NCBI GenBank assembly: GCA_963778655.1
Contig: CAVZVA010000009.1
Span: forward strand, 1,280,001-1,344,000
DNA: 64,000 nucleotides
Origin: an uncultured delta proteobacterium
GTDB lineage: Bacteria > Myxococcota_A > Polyangia > Polyangiales > JAFGIB01
Direction: 5' to 3'
Shown: positions 1 through 9,751 of the stretch, one piece after another
Layout: each line of letters begins with the position of its first letter
Position numbering within the stretch: position 1 is the first letter of the stretch
Program-made: the position numbers and the translations under genes
Notes under the pieces: model-generated
What the model was told of the DNA's origin: nothing
The model's input: only the letters and a program-made list of their open reading frames with translations
Database searches by the model: none

Positions 1-1482
1 ATCATCGCGGGAAATCTGGCAGTGGTGTTGCTCCTGGGCCTCTCGGCCTGGCTGTTCGTGGGGGGTCAGCTGCGCTCCAACCTGCTCGCGCGCCTCGACA
101 ACAAGCTGGCCAGCGATCGCGAGCTGTTCGAGCGCTCCTTCCGCCTTTCGGCGCTCGAGTTCCTCGACTTGGTCACGCAGCGCGCCTCGCAACGACAGGT
201 GCGGGACGTGTTCGGTGGCCTCGACCAGGACAGCCGGCGCACGCGCGCGTACGATGCGGCCGAGGCAACCGCAGCCTGGCTCGCGGACCCGGCGCGCGGC
301 GAGCGCGGCGGGCCCGACATCGTCGTGGTGGTCGACGAGACCGGCAAGGCGCTGGCACGTAACGGCGCGCGCAACGTGATGTATGGGCAGGCCCTGCAGG
401 GAGAGATCCCGGCGCTCGCGACCGTGCTCAACGAGGGCCGCCCGGTCCACGACGTCTGGCTCGAACAGCAGGAAAAGAAGGTGCTGCAGATGGCGGCCGC
501 GCCGATCCGGGCCGACTCCGGCACGGTGCTCGGCGCGCTGGTCGTGGGCTACGACATCAGCAACGGCCTGGCCAAGCGCGAGGGAGGCATGCTGGCCAGA
601 GACGTCGCGTTTCTGGTGGAGGGTAAGGTGTACAGCTCCTCGCTCGAGGGTGACGCGATGCGCGACCTGCGCGGCTACCTGTTCGGCCCGCAGGCGAGCA
701 GCACGAACGCAGTGCTGGCGGGCCAGGGCGCGAGCCAGATGTGGCGCGCGACGCTGGGCGGCCAGGAGTACAGCGGTCTGACCGCGCGCTTGCCGATGGC
801 TCCATCCTACCCGGTCGCGTTTGCCGTGCTGGGCAATCGCAGCGCTGAGCTCGACCTGGCCTCCGTGGTGAACGTGATCTTGATCCTGACCGTGCTCGGC
901 GCCGTGCTGGTGATCCTCTATGGCTTCGTGATCGGCGGAACGATTATGGGACCGATCGAGGAGATCGAGGAGGGCGTGCTGGCGGTGATCAACGGCAAGA
1001 CCGACCTGCGGCTGGAGATCGAAAGCCCCGAGCTCGGGGGGCTGGCCTTCCGGATCAATCAGTTGTTGAACGTGCTCACCGGCACCGAGGAGCAGACGGT
1101 GGACGAGCAGGGCAGGGTGTCGCTCGCGCCGTCGTCGAAGGACTGGGGCGACGCCGCGTTCGGCGACGCCGCGCCGTCGGCGGCAGGCAGGAGCACGGGC
1201 GCTGCCGGGGCGAATCCGGACGAGCCGATCGACGACGCCGCGCTCGGTGCTCAGTTGGGGGCGGAGGACCAGGCAGCCTACGAGCGGCGCGTGTACGCCG
1301 AATATGCCGCGGCCAAGCAGGCCCTCGGCGAGAACGTGTCGAATATCCCCCAGGATCGCTTCCACCAGCGGCTCAACGGGCGGGCCAGCGCGCTGGCCGA
1401 GAAGCACGGTTGCCGCCTGGTGCGCTTCCAGGTAGAAACCCGCAACGGCCAGGTGGTCTTGCGGCCCGTGCTCATCCGCTGA
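1..1482 (+). CDS. Membrane sensor-like protein (periplasmic Cache-like region, TM, HAMP) with MXAN_5187-type C-terminal domain; 5'-partial
   Basis: Frame is open from base 1. There are two hydrophobic segments and a HAMP (PIEEIEEGVLAVINGKTDLRLEIESPELGGLAFRINQLL). The C-terminus YAEYAAAKQALGENV...KHGCRLVRFQVETRNGQVVLRP resembles the myxobacterial MXAN_5187 C-terminal domain. Confidence 0.7.
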   Translation: MIAGNLAVVLLLGLSAWLFVGGQLRSNLLARLDNKLASDRELFERSFRLSALEFLDLVTQRASQRQVRDVFGGLDQDSRRTRAYDAAEATAAWLADPARGERGGPDIVVVVDETGKALARNGARNVMYGQALQGEIPALATVLNEGRPVHDVWLEQQEKKVLQMAAAPIRADSGTVLGALVVGYDISNGLAKREGGMLARDVAFLVEGKVYSSSLEGDAMRDLRGYLFGPQASSTNAVLAGQGASQMWRATLGGQEYSGLTARLPMAPSYPVAFAVLGNRSAELDLASVVNVILILTVLGAVLVILYGFVIGGTIMGPIEEIEEGVLAVINGKTDLRLEIESPELGGLAFRINQLLNVLTGTEEQTVDEQGRVSLAPSSKDWGDAAFGDAAPSAAGRSTGAAGANPDEPIDDAALGAQLGAEDQAAYERRVYAEYAAAKQALGENVSNIPQDRFHQRLNGRASALAEKHGCRLVRFQVETRNGQVVLRPVLIR

Positions 1483-1524
1483 CGAGCAGGTGCCGCCGGC
1501 CCGGCCGGCACACTGGTACCGCCC

Positions 1525-2247
1525 ATGGCGCTCTTCGGTCTGCTAGGCAAGAAGTCGGAAGGATCGCAGCTCAAGAAGCTGATCGAGCGCGCTACCAACA
1601 GGCGCGCGCAGGCTGTCGACAGGTGGGAGGCGATCCAGGCCCTGACCCGAGTTGGGTCGGCCGAGGCGGTAGAGGGCCTAATGCCGCGGTTCACGTTCTA
1701 CGTGGACCCCAGCATCACCGATCAAGAGGAGAAGGACGCGGCTTTCGAGGGCATCGTCGCCGCCGGTCCGATCGCGATCGCGCCCGTGGTCGCATTCCTG
1801 CGCAAGGCGGATTCGATCAGCTGGCCGCTCAAGATCCTCGACCGCGTGGCCGGCTCCAGCGTCGTGATTGAGAAGCTGCTGCAGATGCTCGCGGAGATGG
1901 ACACCGAATACGAGCGCGATCCCCAGCGCAAGGTGCAGATCCTGGTGGTGCTGGAAGAACGCCCGGACAGCCGCACGGCGCAGGCCGTGGCGCGCTTCCT
2001 CGAGGACGCCAACGAGACCGTGCGCTTCCAGGCGGTCGGAGCGCTGCTGGCGCAGGCGGACGCCGCAGAGCACCGCGCAGCGCTGCTGGAGTGCTTCTGT
2101 TCCGAGGAGAGCGTGCGGGTCCGCAACCGCATCCTCGACGGCTTCTCGGCGGCGGGTTGGGATGTCGGAGAGATGGGGGATCGGGTCAAGCCGCGCCTCC
2201 CGGCGGGCTATACGCTCGACCGCCAAGGCGTGCCAAGGCGCGCCTGA
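1525..2247 (+). CDS. HEAT-repeat protein
   Basis: HEAT-like units such as FLEDANETVRFQAVGALL and EESVRVRNRILDGF; typical high-GC codon usage. Confidence 0.75.
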   Translation: MALFGLLGKKSEGSQLKKLIERATNRRAQAVDRWEAIQALTRVGSAEAVEGLMPRFTFYVDPSITDQEEKDAAFEGIVAAGPIAIAPVVAFLRKADSISWPLKILDRVAGSSVVIEKLLQMLAEMDTEYERDPQRKVQILVVLEERPDSRTAQAVARFLEDANETVRFQAVGALLAQADAAEHRAALLECFCSEESVRVRNRILDGFSAAGWDVGEMGDRVKPRLPAGYTLDRQGVPRRA

Positions 2248-2351
2248 GCCCGCCGCCGCGCAGGTAGAGGAGGGGGCCCCGCCGCGCGCGCGTCGTCTGC
2301 GCGTCTGACGCGTGCCGGCCTGCGGCGGCGCCCCGCCGGACCAGCGGGGCG

Positions 2352-3359
2352 TCACTTCTTCTTCTTCTTCTTGGTCCCGAGGTCGAGGGAGCCGCTGGCG
2401 GACGCCTTGCCGTGTGAGCTCGAAGCAGATCCGCTCGCTTCGTCTTCGCCGGCATGGCTGCGGTTCGGCTCGGTGGGCAGGTAGAAGGCGAAGCCGAGCG
2501 TCATCATGTGATTGAAATGGCTCAGCCGATCTTTCCCGTCGATGCGGTCGTCTGGGTAGTCGCCGCGCGAATCGCCGGATTCATCCGTGCCCGAGGTGTT
2601 CCAGGAGAACGGCATGCCGCGCCATTCGATCGTCATCGCGAGGAAGTCGGCCAGATACAGGGACAGGCCGACACCGAAGGTTGGTGCGATGGTCGAGCGC
2701 GACGTCCGGCTGGTCTGGCCGGTGGAGAAGCAGCGGATCTCCGCCCCCAGGTTGGCCCCGTTCGTGCCACCCATGTTCTTGCAGCCCGCATACTGGCTCG
2801 CCCCAACATCGGCGCGTTCTTCCAGCCCCACGAACGCGATGCCGCCCGTGATGTAGAGATCGGTGTCGACGAACAACTTCTCGAAGATGCCGAGCTTGCC
2901 GCGCAGCGGGATGAAGGCCACTTCGGGCGCGGCCATCCAATTGATGTGGGCGATCTGTTTGGGGAAGTTCTTGCGGTCGGGCAGGCTCAACACGTTGACG
3001 TCGTTGGTCTGACCCTTCGCGGTGATCTGGTCGGTCAGATCCGTGTCGATGTGCGCCAGCCCGAATCCGCCCCATATGCCGAGGCCCAGCCAGTCGGTCG
3101 GATGAAACATGAGCTGGCCGCCGCCGAGCACGGTGCGGGAATACTCGTCCTGCAGCGTCATGGTGGCGTGGAGCTGAATCTGGAAGCGCATTTGCCGGTA
3201 GGCGCGCAGCCCGATGACGGCCGGCGCCCCGGCCAGGGGCCCCTTGACCTGAACTTCCTGCGCGTGCGCCGAGGGTGCGAGCGGCGCGGCCAAGCCGAGC
3301 ACGGCCACCGCCAACGTGATCATCAAACGCTTTGCTGTCCTCATCACTGTCGCATCCAT
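2352..3359 (-). CDS. gltA: Myxobacterial outer-membrane beta-barrel protein, GltA-like
   Basis: Signal peptide ending AHA|Q. Alternating beta-strands with family motifs FIPLRGKLGIF, DLYITGGIAFV and PTFGVGLSLYL, and last strand TLGFAFYLP. It is the second gene of a barrel pair, matching gltB-gltA order. Confidence 0.6.
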   Translation of the reverse strand: MDATVMRTAKRLMITLAVAVLGLAAPLAPSAHAQEVQVKGPLAGAPAVIGLRAYRQMRFQIQLHATMTLQDEYSRTVLGGGQLMFHPTDWLGLGIWGGFGLAHIDTDLTDQITAKGQTNDVNVLSLPDRKNFPKQIAHINWMAAPEVAFIPLRGKLGIFEKLFVDTDLYITGGIAFVGLEERADVGASQYAGCKNMGGTNGANLGAEIRCFSTGQTSRTSRSTIAPTFGVGLSLYLADFLAMTIEWRGMPFSWNTSGTDESGDSRGDYPDDRIDGKDRLSHFNHMMTLGFAFYLPTEPNRSHAGEDEASGSASSSHGKASASGSLDLGTKKKKKK

Positions 3360-3370
3360 CCGTCAAGCGG

Positions 3371-4426
3371 TCACTTGGGGTAGTGATATTCGAAGGTGAA
3401 GGGGAAGAAGAGCGTGATGCCCAGGTGCGCCATCACGTTGTTGGTCAGCGTCGAATTCTGGTCGATCCAGGTCGAAGGCTGCTCGCGGGGCTTGCCCAGC
3501 GAGACGTTCAAGTTCTCCAGCTTCTCGAGGTACATGTAGTCTCGCAGCTCGCCGAAGATCGCGAAGTAGCGGGTGACGAACACGCGGATGCCGAGCCCGA
3601 CGTTGAAGGCGACGCGCCAGTCGAAATCGAAGGTGCGCACAGCCGGGTCGATGACTGCCACCGGTCGCGTGCGCATCATGCCGACGCCTCCCACCAGGTA
3701 CGAGTCCCACTGGAAGATCGACGTATTGAACATCGAGAACTTGCCGTAGATGGGTACGTAGGTGAAGTTCAGGTGCGCGCCGAGCTGGTACTGCGTGATC
3801 GGCACCGCGAGCCGCGTCGAGCGGCGCACGCTGAAGTTCAGATCCGACTCGCTCTCGAAGCCCTGATACCAGAGGAAGCTCGCGCCCACCGCCAGCACGT
3901 TGGTGATCCAGTAGTTCAGCCCTACGGCGAGCGCATCGTGGGAGACATACTGGTCGTTGACCGTGAACGCGATCGAAGGCGCGAGCTCGAAACGGCCGTT
4001 GCGCAGCACGTACATGCGCTGCACCGCGTAGATCTCCTCGGCGACCTCTTTCTGCTTCTCCTCGCCTCCTTCGATCTTCTCCTGCTCGGGACCGCCGCCG
4101 GCGGTCAGCTCATCGAGCACGTCTTCGCTGCCGCCGCCCCCTCCGCCTGCGGCCGCTGCCCCTCCGCCTGCGGCCGCCGCCCCTCCGCCTGCTTCGGCCT
4201 TACCCTCGGTCCCGGCCTCTGCCTTGGGTTGCTCCTGGGTCTGCTCCGGCTTTTCTGCGCCCTTGTCTCCGCTGCCGGCTTGCTCCGCCTCGTTGAGATC
4301 AAAGCTCATGTCCTGCGCGGCGGCGAGGACGGGCGTTAGGCATACGCCGAGCGCCGCAAGCCAGGCAGCCAGCCAGGTTTTCGGCATCTTCTGCCTGTCC
4401 ACTCCGTGCATGAATCCCAGGTTCAT
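3371..4426 (-). CDS. gltB: Myxobacterial outer-membrane beta-barrel protein, GltB-like (alternative start 4387)
   Basis: Signal peptide ending AAA|Q and a low-complexity linker, then AVQRMYVLRNGRFELAP, YVPIYGKFSMFN, FNVGLGIRVF and HLGITLFFP, typical of GltA/B/H-family barrels. Confidence 0.65.
   Translation of the reverse strand: MNLGFMHGVDRQKMPKTWLAAWLAALGVCLTPVLAAAQDMSFDLNEAEQAGSGDKGAEKPEQTQEQPKAEAGTEGKAEAGGGAAAAGGGAAAAGGGGGGSEDVLDELTAGGGPEQEKIEGGEEKQKEVAEEIYAVQRMYVLRNGRFELAPSIAFTVNDQYVSHDALAVGLNYWITNVLAVGASFLWYQGFESESDLNFSVRRSTRLAVPITQYQLGAHLNFTYVPIYGKFSMFNTSIFQWDSYLVGGVGMMRTRPVAVIDPAVRTFDFDWRVAFNVGLGIRVFVTRYFAIFGELRDYMYLEKLENLNVSLGKPREQPSTWIDQNSTLTNNVMAHLGITLFFPFTFEYHYPK
4138..4192. repeat. 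21-bp tandem repeat (~2.6 copies) encoding an AGGGAAA linker
   Basis: The unit cccctccgcctgcggccgcYg recurs with period 21 inside the gltB-like linker. Confidence 0.8.
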
Positions 4427-4516
4427 CCTTGGTCCCTCGCCTTGTGACCGGTCTCCCAAGCGCAAGTAAGTGCTTGAAATTACTCAGAAAAATGGCACTT
4501 GGCCAGAGTCCGGGCG

Positions 4517-4546
4517 ACTATATCATGCAAGAACTGACACAATCAA
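4517..4546 (-). promoter_or_regulatory. Putative sigma70 promoter of gltB-gltA
   Basis: Minus strand TTGATT-N18-TATAGT, with TG at the extended -10 position. Confidence 0.55.
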
Positions 4547-4573
4547 TCGGTAACGCTCCGCTCCCACAGTTCC

Positions 4574-5818
4574 TCATGCCGCCAGGATGGCGTCGGACGG
4601 TTTGGCAAAAAGCGCCTCGACGAAGGTGGCTGAATCGAACTCACGCAGGTCCTCGACGCGCTCGCCCAGCCCGATGAAACGCACCGGAATCTTGTGCTGT
4701 TCGACGATCCCGAGGACCACGCCGCCCTTGGCTGTGCCGTCCAGCTTGGTCAGCACCACACCGGTCACGTTCATCGCGTCGCGGAACAGCTTCATCTGCT
4801 GCACCGCGTTCTGTCCCGTGGTGGCGTCCAGCACGAGGAAGACCTCGTCGGGCGTGCGGCCGTCGGTCGCCTTGGCCACCGTGCGCTCGACCTTCTTCAG
4901 CTCCTCCATCAACGGGATCTTGGTGTGCAGCCGGCCTGCGGTGTCGGCGATCACCAGGTCGTAGCTCTCGTCGCGGGCCCGCTTGATCGCCTCGAAGATG
5001 ACCGATCCGGGATCGGCGTTTTCCTTGCCCTTGACCACCGGGCAACCCACGCGCTTGCCCCACATCTCGAGCTGCAGCACGGCCGCGGCGCGGTAGGTGT
5101 CCCCGGCCGCGAGCAACACCTTCTTGCCCTGGGCCACGTAGCGGCTCGCGAGCTTGCCGATGGTTGTGGTCTTGCCCACGCCGTTGACCCCGATCATCAG
5201 CATCACCGCGGGCCGCTGGTCCAAGCGTAATGGCCCGGCCGGCACTTCCAGAATGGCCTCGGCCTGAGCGCGGATGCAGGTCCACACGCTCTGCTCGTCG
5301 CGCAGCTCGCCGCGCTGCATGCGAGCGCGCAGATCTTCGAGCACGCGTTCGGTCGTGCGCACCCCGAGGTCCGCGGTGATCAGGACCTCCTCGATCTCGT
5401 CGAGCAGACCCTTGTCGATTTCCTTTTTGCCGCCGAACAACTTGGCCAGACGCGCCACGAAGCCGCCGCGCGTGCTGGCCAGGCCCTGGCGGAACGCAGC
5501 CACGTTCTGTTCGTGCTCGGCGACGCCCGCATCGACGGCGGGCATTGCCTCGGCTGGTGACGGTACCTGCTCGGTCGCGGGAGCCTGAACCGCAGCCGTC
5601 TCGCCGCGGGCGACCGCCGGTTGCTCGGCCGGAGGCGGTGCGGCTGCTTCGGCCGGAAGCTTCTTTTCGGCCGGCGCGATGCCTTCACGCTTGGCCTGTT
5701 CCGGCTTGGCCTCGCGCGGCGGCTCAGCGGGTAAGCTCCGGCCGGGCTTCCGCGCCAGCAAGAAGAAGAGCAGCCCCAAAACCAGAACTGCTGCGATGAC
5801 GGAAAGCGCGGTAGCCAT
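4574..5818 (-). CDS. ftsY: Signal recognition particle receptor FtsY, with N-terminal TM anchor
   Basis: [30 protein letters not shown] and [10 protein letters not shown] motifs. Confidence 0.97.
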   Translation of the reverse strand: MATALSVIAAVLVLGLLFFLLARKPGRSLPAEPPREAKPEQAKREGIAPAEKKLPAEAAAPPPAEQPAVARGETAAVQAPATEQVPSPAEAMPAVDAGVAEHEQNVAAFRQGLASTRGGFVARLAKLFGGKKEIDKGLLDEIEEVLITADLGVRTTERVLEDLRARMQRGELRDEQSVWTCIRAQAEAILEVPAGPLRLDQRPAVMLMIGVNGVGKTTTIGKLASRYVAQGKKVLLAAGDTYRAAAVLQLEMWGKRVGCPVVKGKENADPGSVIFEAIKRARDESYDLVIADTAGRLHTKIPLMEELKKVERTVAKATDGRTPDEVFLVLDATTGQNAVQQMKLFRDAMNVTGVVLTKLDGTAKGGVVLGIVEQHKIPVRFIGLGERVEDLREFDSATFVEALFAKPSDAILAA

Positions 5819-5850
5819 GTTCCCGAGGCGCGGCGGCCGTGTGGGGAGCC

Positions 5851-5880
5851 ACTATAGGAATGGCCCGCAGCCGCAGTCAA
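5851..5880 (-). promoter_or_regulatory. Putative sigma70 promoter of ftsY
   Basis: Minus strand TTGACT-N18-TATAGT, about 30 nt before the ATG. Confidence 0.65.
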
Positions 5881-5925
5881 CGACGATGTGGGATTCTTGC
5901 ACGCAGCGACGCACGAGCCCCAAGC

Positions 5926-7623
5926 TTAGGAATCTACCTTGCCCCAGCGGGGCTGCCGCTCTTCACTGGCCGCGCGAGCGATCTCCTCGACCTCCGCGTC
6001 GGTCGGCGTCGCGCCGCCATAGGCAGCACGCTCTACGCGCTCAGTCAACTGAACGAACGACTCAGTAGCGCGCCCGCGTCGTCGCGCGTCGGCCAAGGTT
6101 TCGCGCGGGGTCCAACGGTCCCAAAGCGAGGGTGAAGGCAGAACGGTGACGGCGACCGGCTTGTAGGCCGCGACCGCGGCCGAGCGCAGACTCTGCAGCC
6201 TGATCTCCGAGCTGGACCAGGGGCCGCGATGCGGAATCGACAGACCGTCCTCGAGCCCCACGTACCCGGGGGCGCCGACGCGCAGCACCCAGTCGCCGGC
6301 CGCGAGCGGTGGGGAGCGGAACCTGCCAGAGGGATCGCTTGCAAGCTCGATCGTCGTGCCGCCATTACCCTGCAGGCGGAGCAGGGCGGCCGACACCGGC
6401 TCCGCGCTCATGGCGTCCAGCACCACGCCTTCGATCGCGAAGCGGTCGGCTCGCGCGCGCGCCGGTCGCGACGGGACGTGGATGCCTGCGCTGCGCGCGG
6501 TGGGCGCCGAGGCCACGGGCGCTGGCGGGCGCGGCTCGCGGCGCGAGACCCAGATCAGCGCGAGGACACACACGCAGACCGCGCCGACCAGCCATAGCGG
6601 GCTCGGCGTCGGCGCTGGCGCGAGCGTCACGTCGACCACGCGCGAGCGACTCGAGCCGAGCCACACCGCGTCGCTGTCGAAGCGCGCCTGCAGGTGAAAG
6701 GTTTGGCTGGAATGTCCGGGCGCGGGCAGCGGTAGTGCCGCATGGCGAAAGCGGCCGCCGGCGTCTGTTCGCAGCGTCGCCAGATGCTGCGGGCCGTCGA
6801 ACAGCCCGATCGCCTCGCCGGCGACGGGGGCGTCCCGCGTGCGCAGCGCACCGCTGAGCACCAGCCGCTCGTGGTCGCGGTCCGCGTCAGCGCGCAGCGC
6901 GAGCGCGGTGTGGCGAAAGCGCAGCACGTTGAGCTCCACCCGCGCGTGGTTGCGCTGGGTGTCGCCGTCCGAGCTCGCCGCGATGCGGCCCATCGCCGCT
7001 GGGCCGAGCGCGTTCGAGGCGAGAACGACGCGGTACAAACCTTCTGCGTCGGTAGTTCCGCGCGCGAGCACGCGCCCGCGCTCGTCGGTGATGCCGATGT
7101 GCAGCCCCTCCCCGCCGCGCGCCGAGCTCGCGAGCACCGCGACGGCATGCGCGTCGGCGTCGAGATCGAGCCGCGGCTCGCGCGGCTCGACGAAGCGAAG
7201 CTCGACGTCGGCCTTGGTGAAGTCGAGCGGACGCGAGAGCTCGCTCGCGCCGGTATGCGCGTCGCCGTCGAAGCGAGCGTCCGCGGCGTAACGACCCGGC
7301 GGCAGCTCGAGCGTGGTGGCGAACCTGCCGTCCTCGCCGGTCTGCAGTGTTCGCTGCAGGGGGCTGCCCGCGGACGCCTCGGCGCGGATCGACAGCTCGA
7401 CCCGACGATCGCTCAGCGCAGCGCCCAGCTCGTCGAGCAGCGACCCCCGCAGGGTCTGCGTGCCGCCGGGGTTCTGGGCCGCTTGCAGCTCGATCTCGCT
7501 ACCGGCCCGGACGCGCACCATCGGCTGCGCGCGCGCCTGCGGCGCCCAGCATAGGCCGAGGATCACGCACGTCGCGCGGCGCCAAACGCGCACGGTAGGA
7601 CTGGCGACCCTGCCTTGCACCAT
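5926..7623 (-). CDS. Exported/membrane protein with Ig-like/carboxypeptidase-regulatory-like domains, a TM segment and a DUF4129-like C-terminus
   Basis: Signal-like N-terminus (ARA|Q), repeated T-x-x-D-G-R-F beta-sandwich motifs, TM WLVGAVCVCVLALIWV, and C-terminal WTPRE...LTERVERAAYG. Start uncertain. Confidence 0.6.
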   Translation of the reverse strand: MVQGRVASPTVRVWRRATCVILGLCWAPQARAQPMVRVRAGSEIELQAAQNPGGTQTLRGSLLDELGAALSDRRVELSIRAEASAGSPLQRTLQTGEDGRFATTLELPPGRYAADARFDGDAHTGASELSRPLDFTKADVELRFVEPREPRLDLDADAHAVAVLASSARGGEGLHIGITDERGRVLARGTTDAEGLYRVVLASNALGPAAMGRIAASSDGDTQRNHARVELNVLRFRHTALALRADADRDHERLVLSGALRTRDAPVAGEAIGLFDGPQHLATLRTDAGGRFRHAALPLPAPGHSSQTFHLQARFDSDAVWLGSSRSRVVDVTLAPAPTPSPLWLVGAVCVCVLALIWVSRREPRPPAPVASAPTARSAGIHVPSRPARARADRFAIEGVVLDAMSAEPVSAALLRLQGNGGTTIELASDPSGRFRSPPLAAGDWVLRVGAPGYVGLEDGLSIPHRGPWSSSEIRLQSLRSAAVAAYKPVAVTVLPSPSLWDRWTPRETLADARRRGRATESFVQLTERVERAAYGGATPTDAEVEEIARAASEERQPRWGKVDS

Positions 7624-7760
7624 CCGCCTACCATTCCTCCATTGCGGCGTTGCCGGCAAGTCTGCGATAAAATTCCGGTGAGCTGCTGGCTCTTCCACGC
7701 TGAAGCAAGCCGGCGCCGCTCGCGTCCGACCCGAGCGTTGCAGCCCAACGAGATGGCCGC

Positions 7761-8603
7761 TTGACCTGGTCCCCCACAGCCCGCCTGCGCCGCTTCACGG
7801 CGTTGCTCGGACTGCTGCTTTCGTTCGCGCTCGCGCTGCCGGTACGTGTGTCCGCCGACGCGCGCAGTGAGTATCTAATCCGGCTGCTGGCCGGCTCGAG
7901 CCAGTTCCGCGTCCGCGCACAAGCCGCGATCTCGCTCGGCAGCGTGGAAGGGATTCCCGAGGTGGTCGATGCCCTGATGGCGGCGCTCTCCGACGAGCAT
8001 CCCGCCGTGCGCGCTGCGGCCGCCAACTCGCTCGGCCGCCTGGCCGACGGGCGCGCGCTGAGCGCGCTGCGGGCCAAGGTCGACGATCCGGAACCGCCGG
8101 TGCGCGTAGCGGTTCAGAGCGCGATCACGAAGCTTGAAGCGGTGGCACGCCACCAGGGTCTCGAGATCGAGCAGCCGCACGCGCGTGCCGGGCCGCCCCG
8201 CTACTACGTGGCGATCGGAAAGCCGGGCTCGCGCGTGCCGGAGGTTTCCAGCGCCGACCTGGCGTTCGTGGAACAAGTCATGCGCGACCGCCTCGATCAG
8301 ATGGACGGCGTAGTGATCGCCCCGAGAGACGAGAGCGCGAGCGCGGTTCGCAGCGTGCTGCGCAGCCGCAAGCTCAAGGGCTTCTACATCGACAGCGCGG
8401 TGACCAGCGTCTCGCGCAAGCCCGACGGCGGCGTCCGCGTCGCGGTCTCGGTGATCGTCGCGAGCTATCCCGACCGAGCCATGCGTGCCATCATGCAAGG
8501 GGCCGCTACCGCCACCGGGGGAGCCGACGCCCGAGCACAAGCCGTTGCCGGCGCGCTCAGTAGCGCGCTCAGACAGTTGCCTCAGGCCATGACCCGAGAT
8601 TGA
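7761..8603 (+). CDS. Exported HEAT-repeat protein
   Basis: Signal peptide, then VRAQAAISLG, LSDEHPAVRAAAANSLG and DPEPPVRVAVQSAI, followed by an alpha/beta C-terminal domain. Confidence 0.75.
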   Translation: MTWSPTARLRRFTALLGLLLSFALALPVRVSADARSEYLIRLLAGSSQFRVRAQAAISLGSVEGIPEVVDALMAALSDEHPAVRAAAANSLGRLADGRALSALRAKVDDPEPPVRVAVQSAITKLEAVARHQGLEIEQPHARAGPPRYYVAIGKPGSRVPEVSSADLAFVEQVMRDRLDQMDGVVIAPRDESASAVRSVLRSRKLKGFYIDSAVTSVSRKPDGGVRVAVSVIVASYPDRAMRAIMQGAATATGGADARAQAVAGALSSALRQLPQAMTRD

Positions 8604-8689
8604 AGCGTGTCGACGATCGGTCCCGAATTGGGCACAAGCGAGGAGCCTATGCGACAATTCCCCGAGCGGGCGCGCGCCAGGAGTGAGCG

Positions 8690-9316
8690 ATGACCGCGGA
8701 AGCCCAACGCCTGTCGCATTCGAGCCGTGCGCACCCGCCGCGCAAGCTGCGGAACTACCTGCTGGAGCCGAAGTTCCAGCTCAAGTACACGAGCATGGTG
8801 GTCGGTGTCACGGTGGTGGTCGCCTCGGTGCTCGGGTACTTCGCCTATCAGTACTCCACCGGGCAGACGCAACTGCTCAACATCGAGCGTATGGAGCAGA
8901 AGGGGAGCGCCGCGGACGCGCGCTTCATCGCGGACCTGGAGAGCTACGCGCGCGCCGCCGATCGCAAGGTGATGCTGGGCGTGCTCGGCGGGATCGCCGT
9001 GCTCGCGCTGGCTCTGGGCGCGACCGGGATCGTCGTCACCCACCGCCTGGTCGGTCCGGCCTATCGGCTCAAGCGCCTGCTGCGCCACGTGCGGGAAGGC
9101 CACATTCAGATCGAGGGCAGCCTGCGCAAGCACGACGAGCTGCAGGACGTGTTCGAGGCGTTTCAGCAGATGGTCACCAGCCTGCGCGAGGCGCGCGAAC
9201 AGGACATCGGCGAGATCGAACGGGTGCTGGACGCGGCGCGCGAGCGCGGGCTACCCGAGGAAAGCCTCGCGTTGCTGCGGGCGGTTCGCGATCGGATGCG
9301 CGCGAGCTTAGACTGA
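8690..9316 (+). CDS. Small 2-TM HAMP-domain protein without an output domain
   Basis: RNYLLEPKFQLKY N-terminal motif, two TMs, and HAMP THRLVGPAYRLKRLL...LRKHDELQDVFEAFQQMV; GGAG RBS. Confidence 0.8.
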   Translation: MTAEAQRLSHSSRAHPPRKLRNYLLEPKFQLKYTSMVVGVTVVVASVLGYFAYQYSTGQTQLLNIERMEQKGSAADARFIADLESYARAADRKVMLGVLGGIAVLALALGATGIVVTHRLVGPAYRLKRLLRHVREGHIQIEGSLRKHDELQDVFEAFQQMVTSLREAREQDIGEIERVLDAARERGLPEESLALLRAVRDRMRASLD

Positions 9317-9343
9317 GCGCGATGGGAGCGGCGAAGGCTGCGC

Positions 9344-9733
9344 TCAAAACGCGCCGGGCAGGTAGTTGAGCCGGCCCTCCGGTCGATCGAAGACCACCGA
9401 GGCGGCGTCGAAGCGCACTTGCGCGGCGCCGACGAGGCTGGCCTCGCGCAGCCAGCGCGCCGCGGCCTGACGCACGCGCGCCACCTTGCGTCGATCGATG
9501 CTCTGGGCAGGCGTCATCAGTCGGTCGCTGCGGCGCGAGCGCACCTCGCAGAACACGACCAGCGAGCCGCGGCGGGCGATCACGTCCAACTCGAGCCGGC
9601 CCACGCGCACGTTGCGTCCGACGATCGCGAAGCCCTCGCGCTCCAGGTGCGCGCACGCGAGCGCCTCGGCTCGCCTGCCCAGCGCGGCGCGCCCGTCGCG
9701 TGCGTCTCCGTCGTGCTCGCCTGGCTCGCTCAC
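9344..9733 (-). CDS. yraN: YraN (UPF0102) family protein
   Basis: LGRRAEALACAHL, RNVRVGRLELDVIA, VFCEVRSR and VRFDAASV. Confidence 0.9.
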   Translation of the reverse strand: MSEPGEHDGDARDGRAALGRRAEALACAHLEREGFAIVGRNVRVGRLELDVIARRGSLVVFCEVRSRRSDRLMTPAQSIDRRKVARVRQAAARWLREASLVGAAQVRFDAASVVFDRPEGRLNYLPGAF

Positions 9734-9751
9734 GGCCGGCGAAAGCCTTCC

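Noticed and set aside
9344..9733. YraN nuclease-like gene as a defence or mobile element marker
   Set aside because: It is a widespread chromosomal gene with no accompanying defence or mobility genes here.
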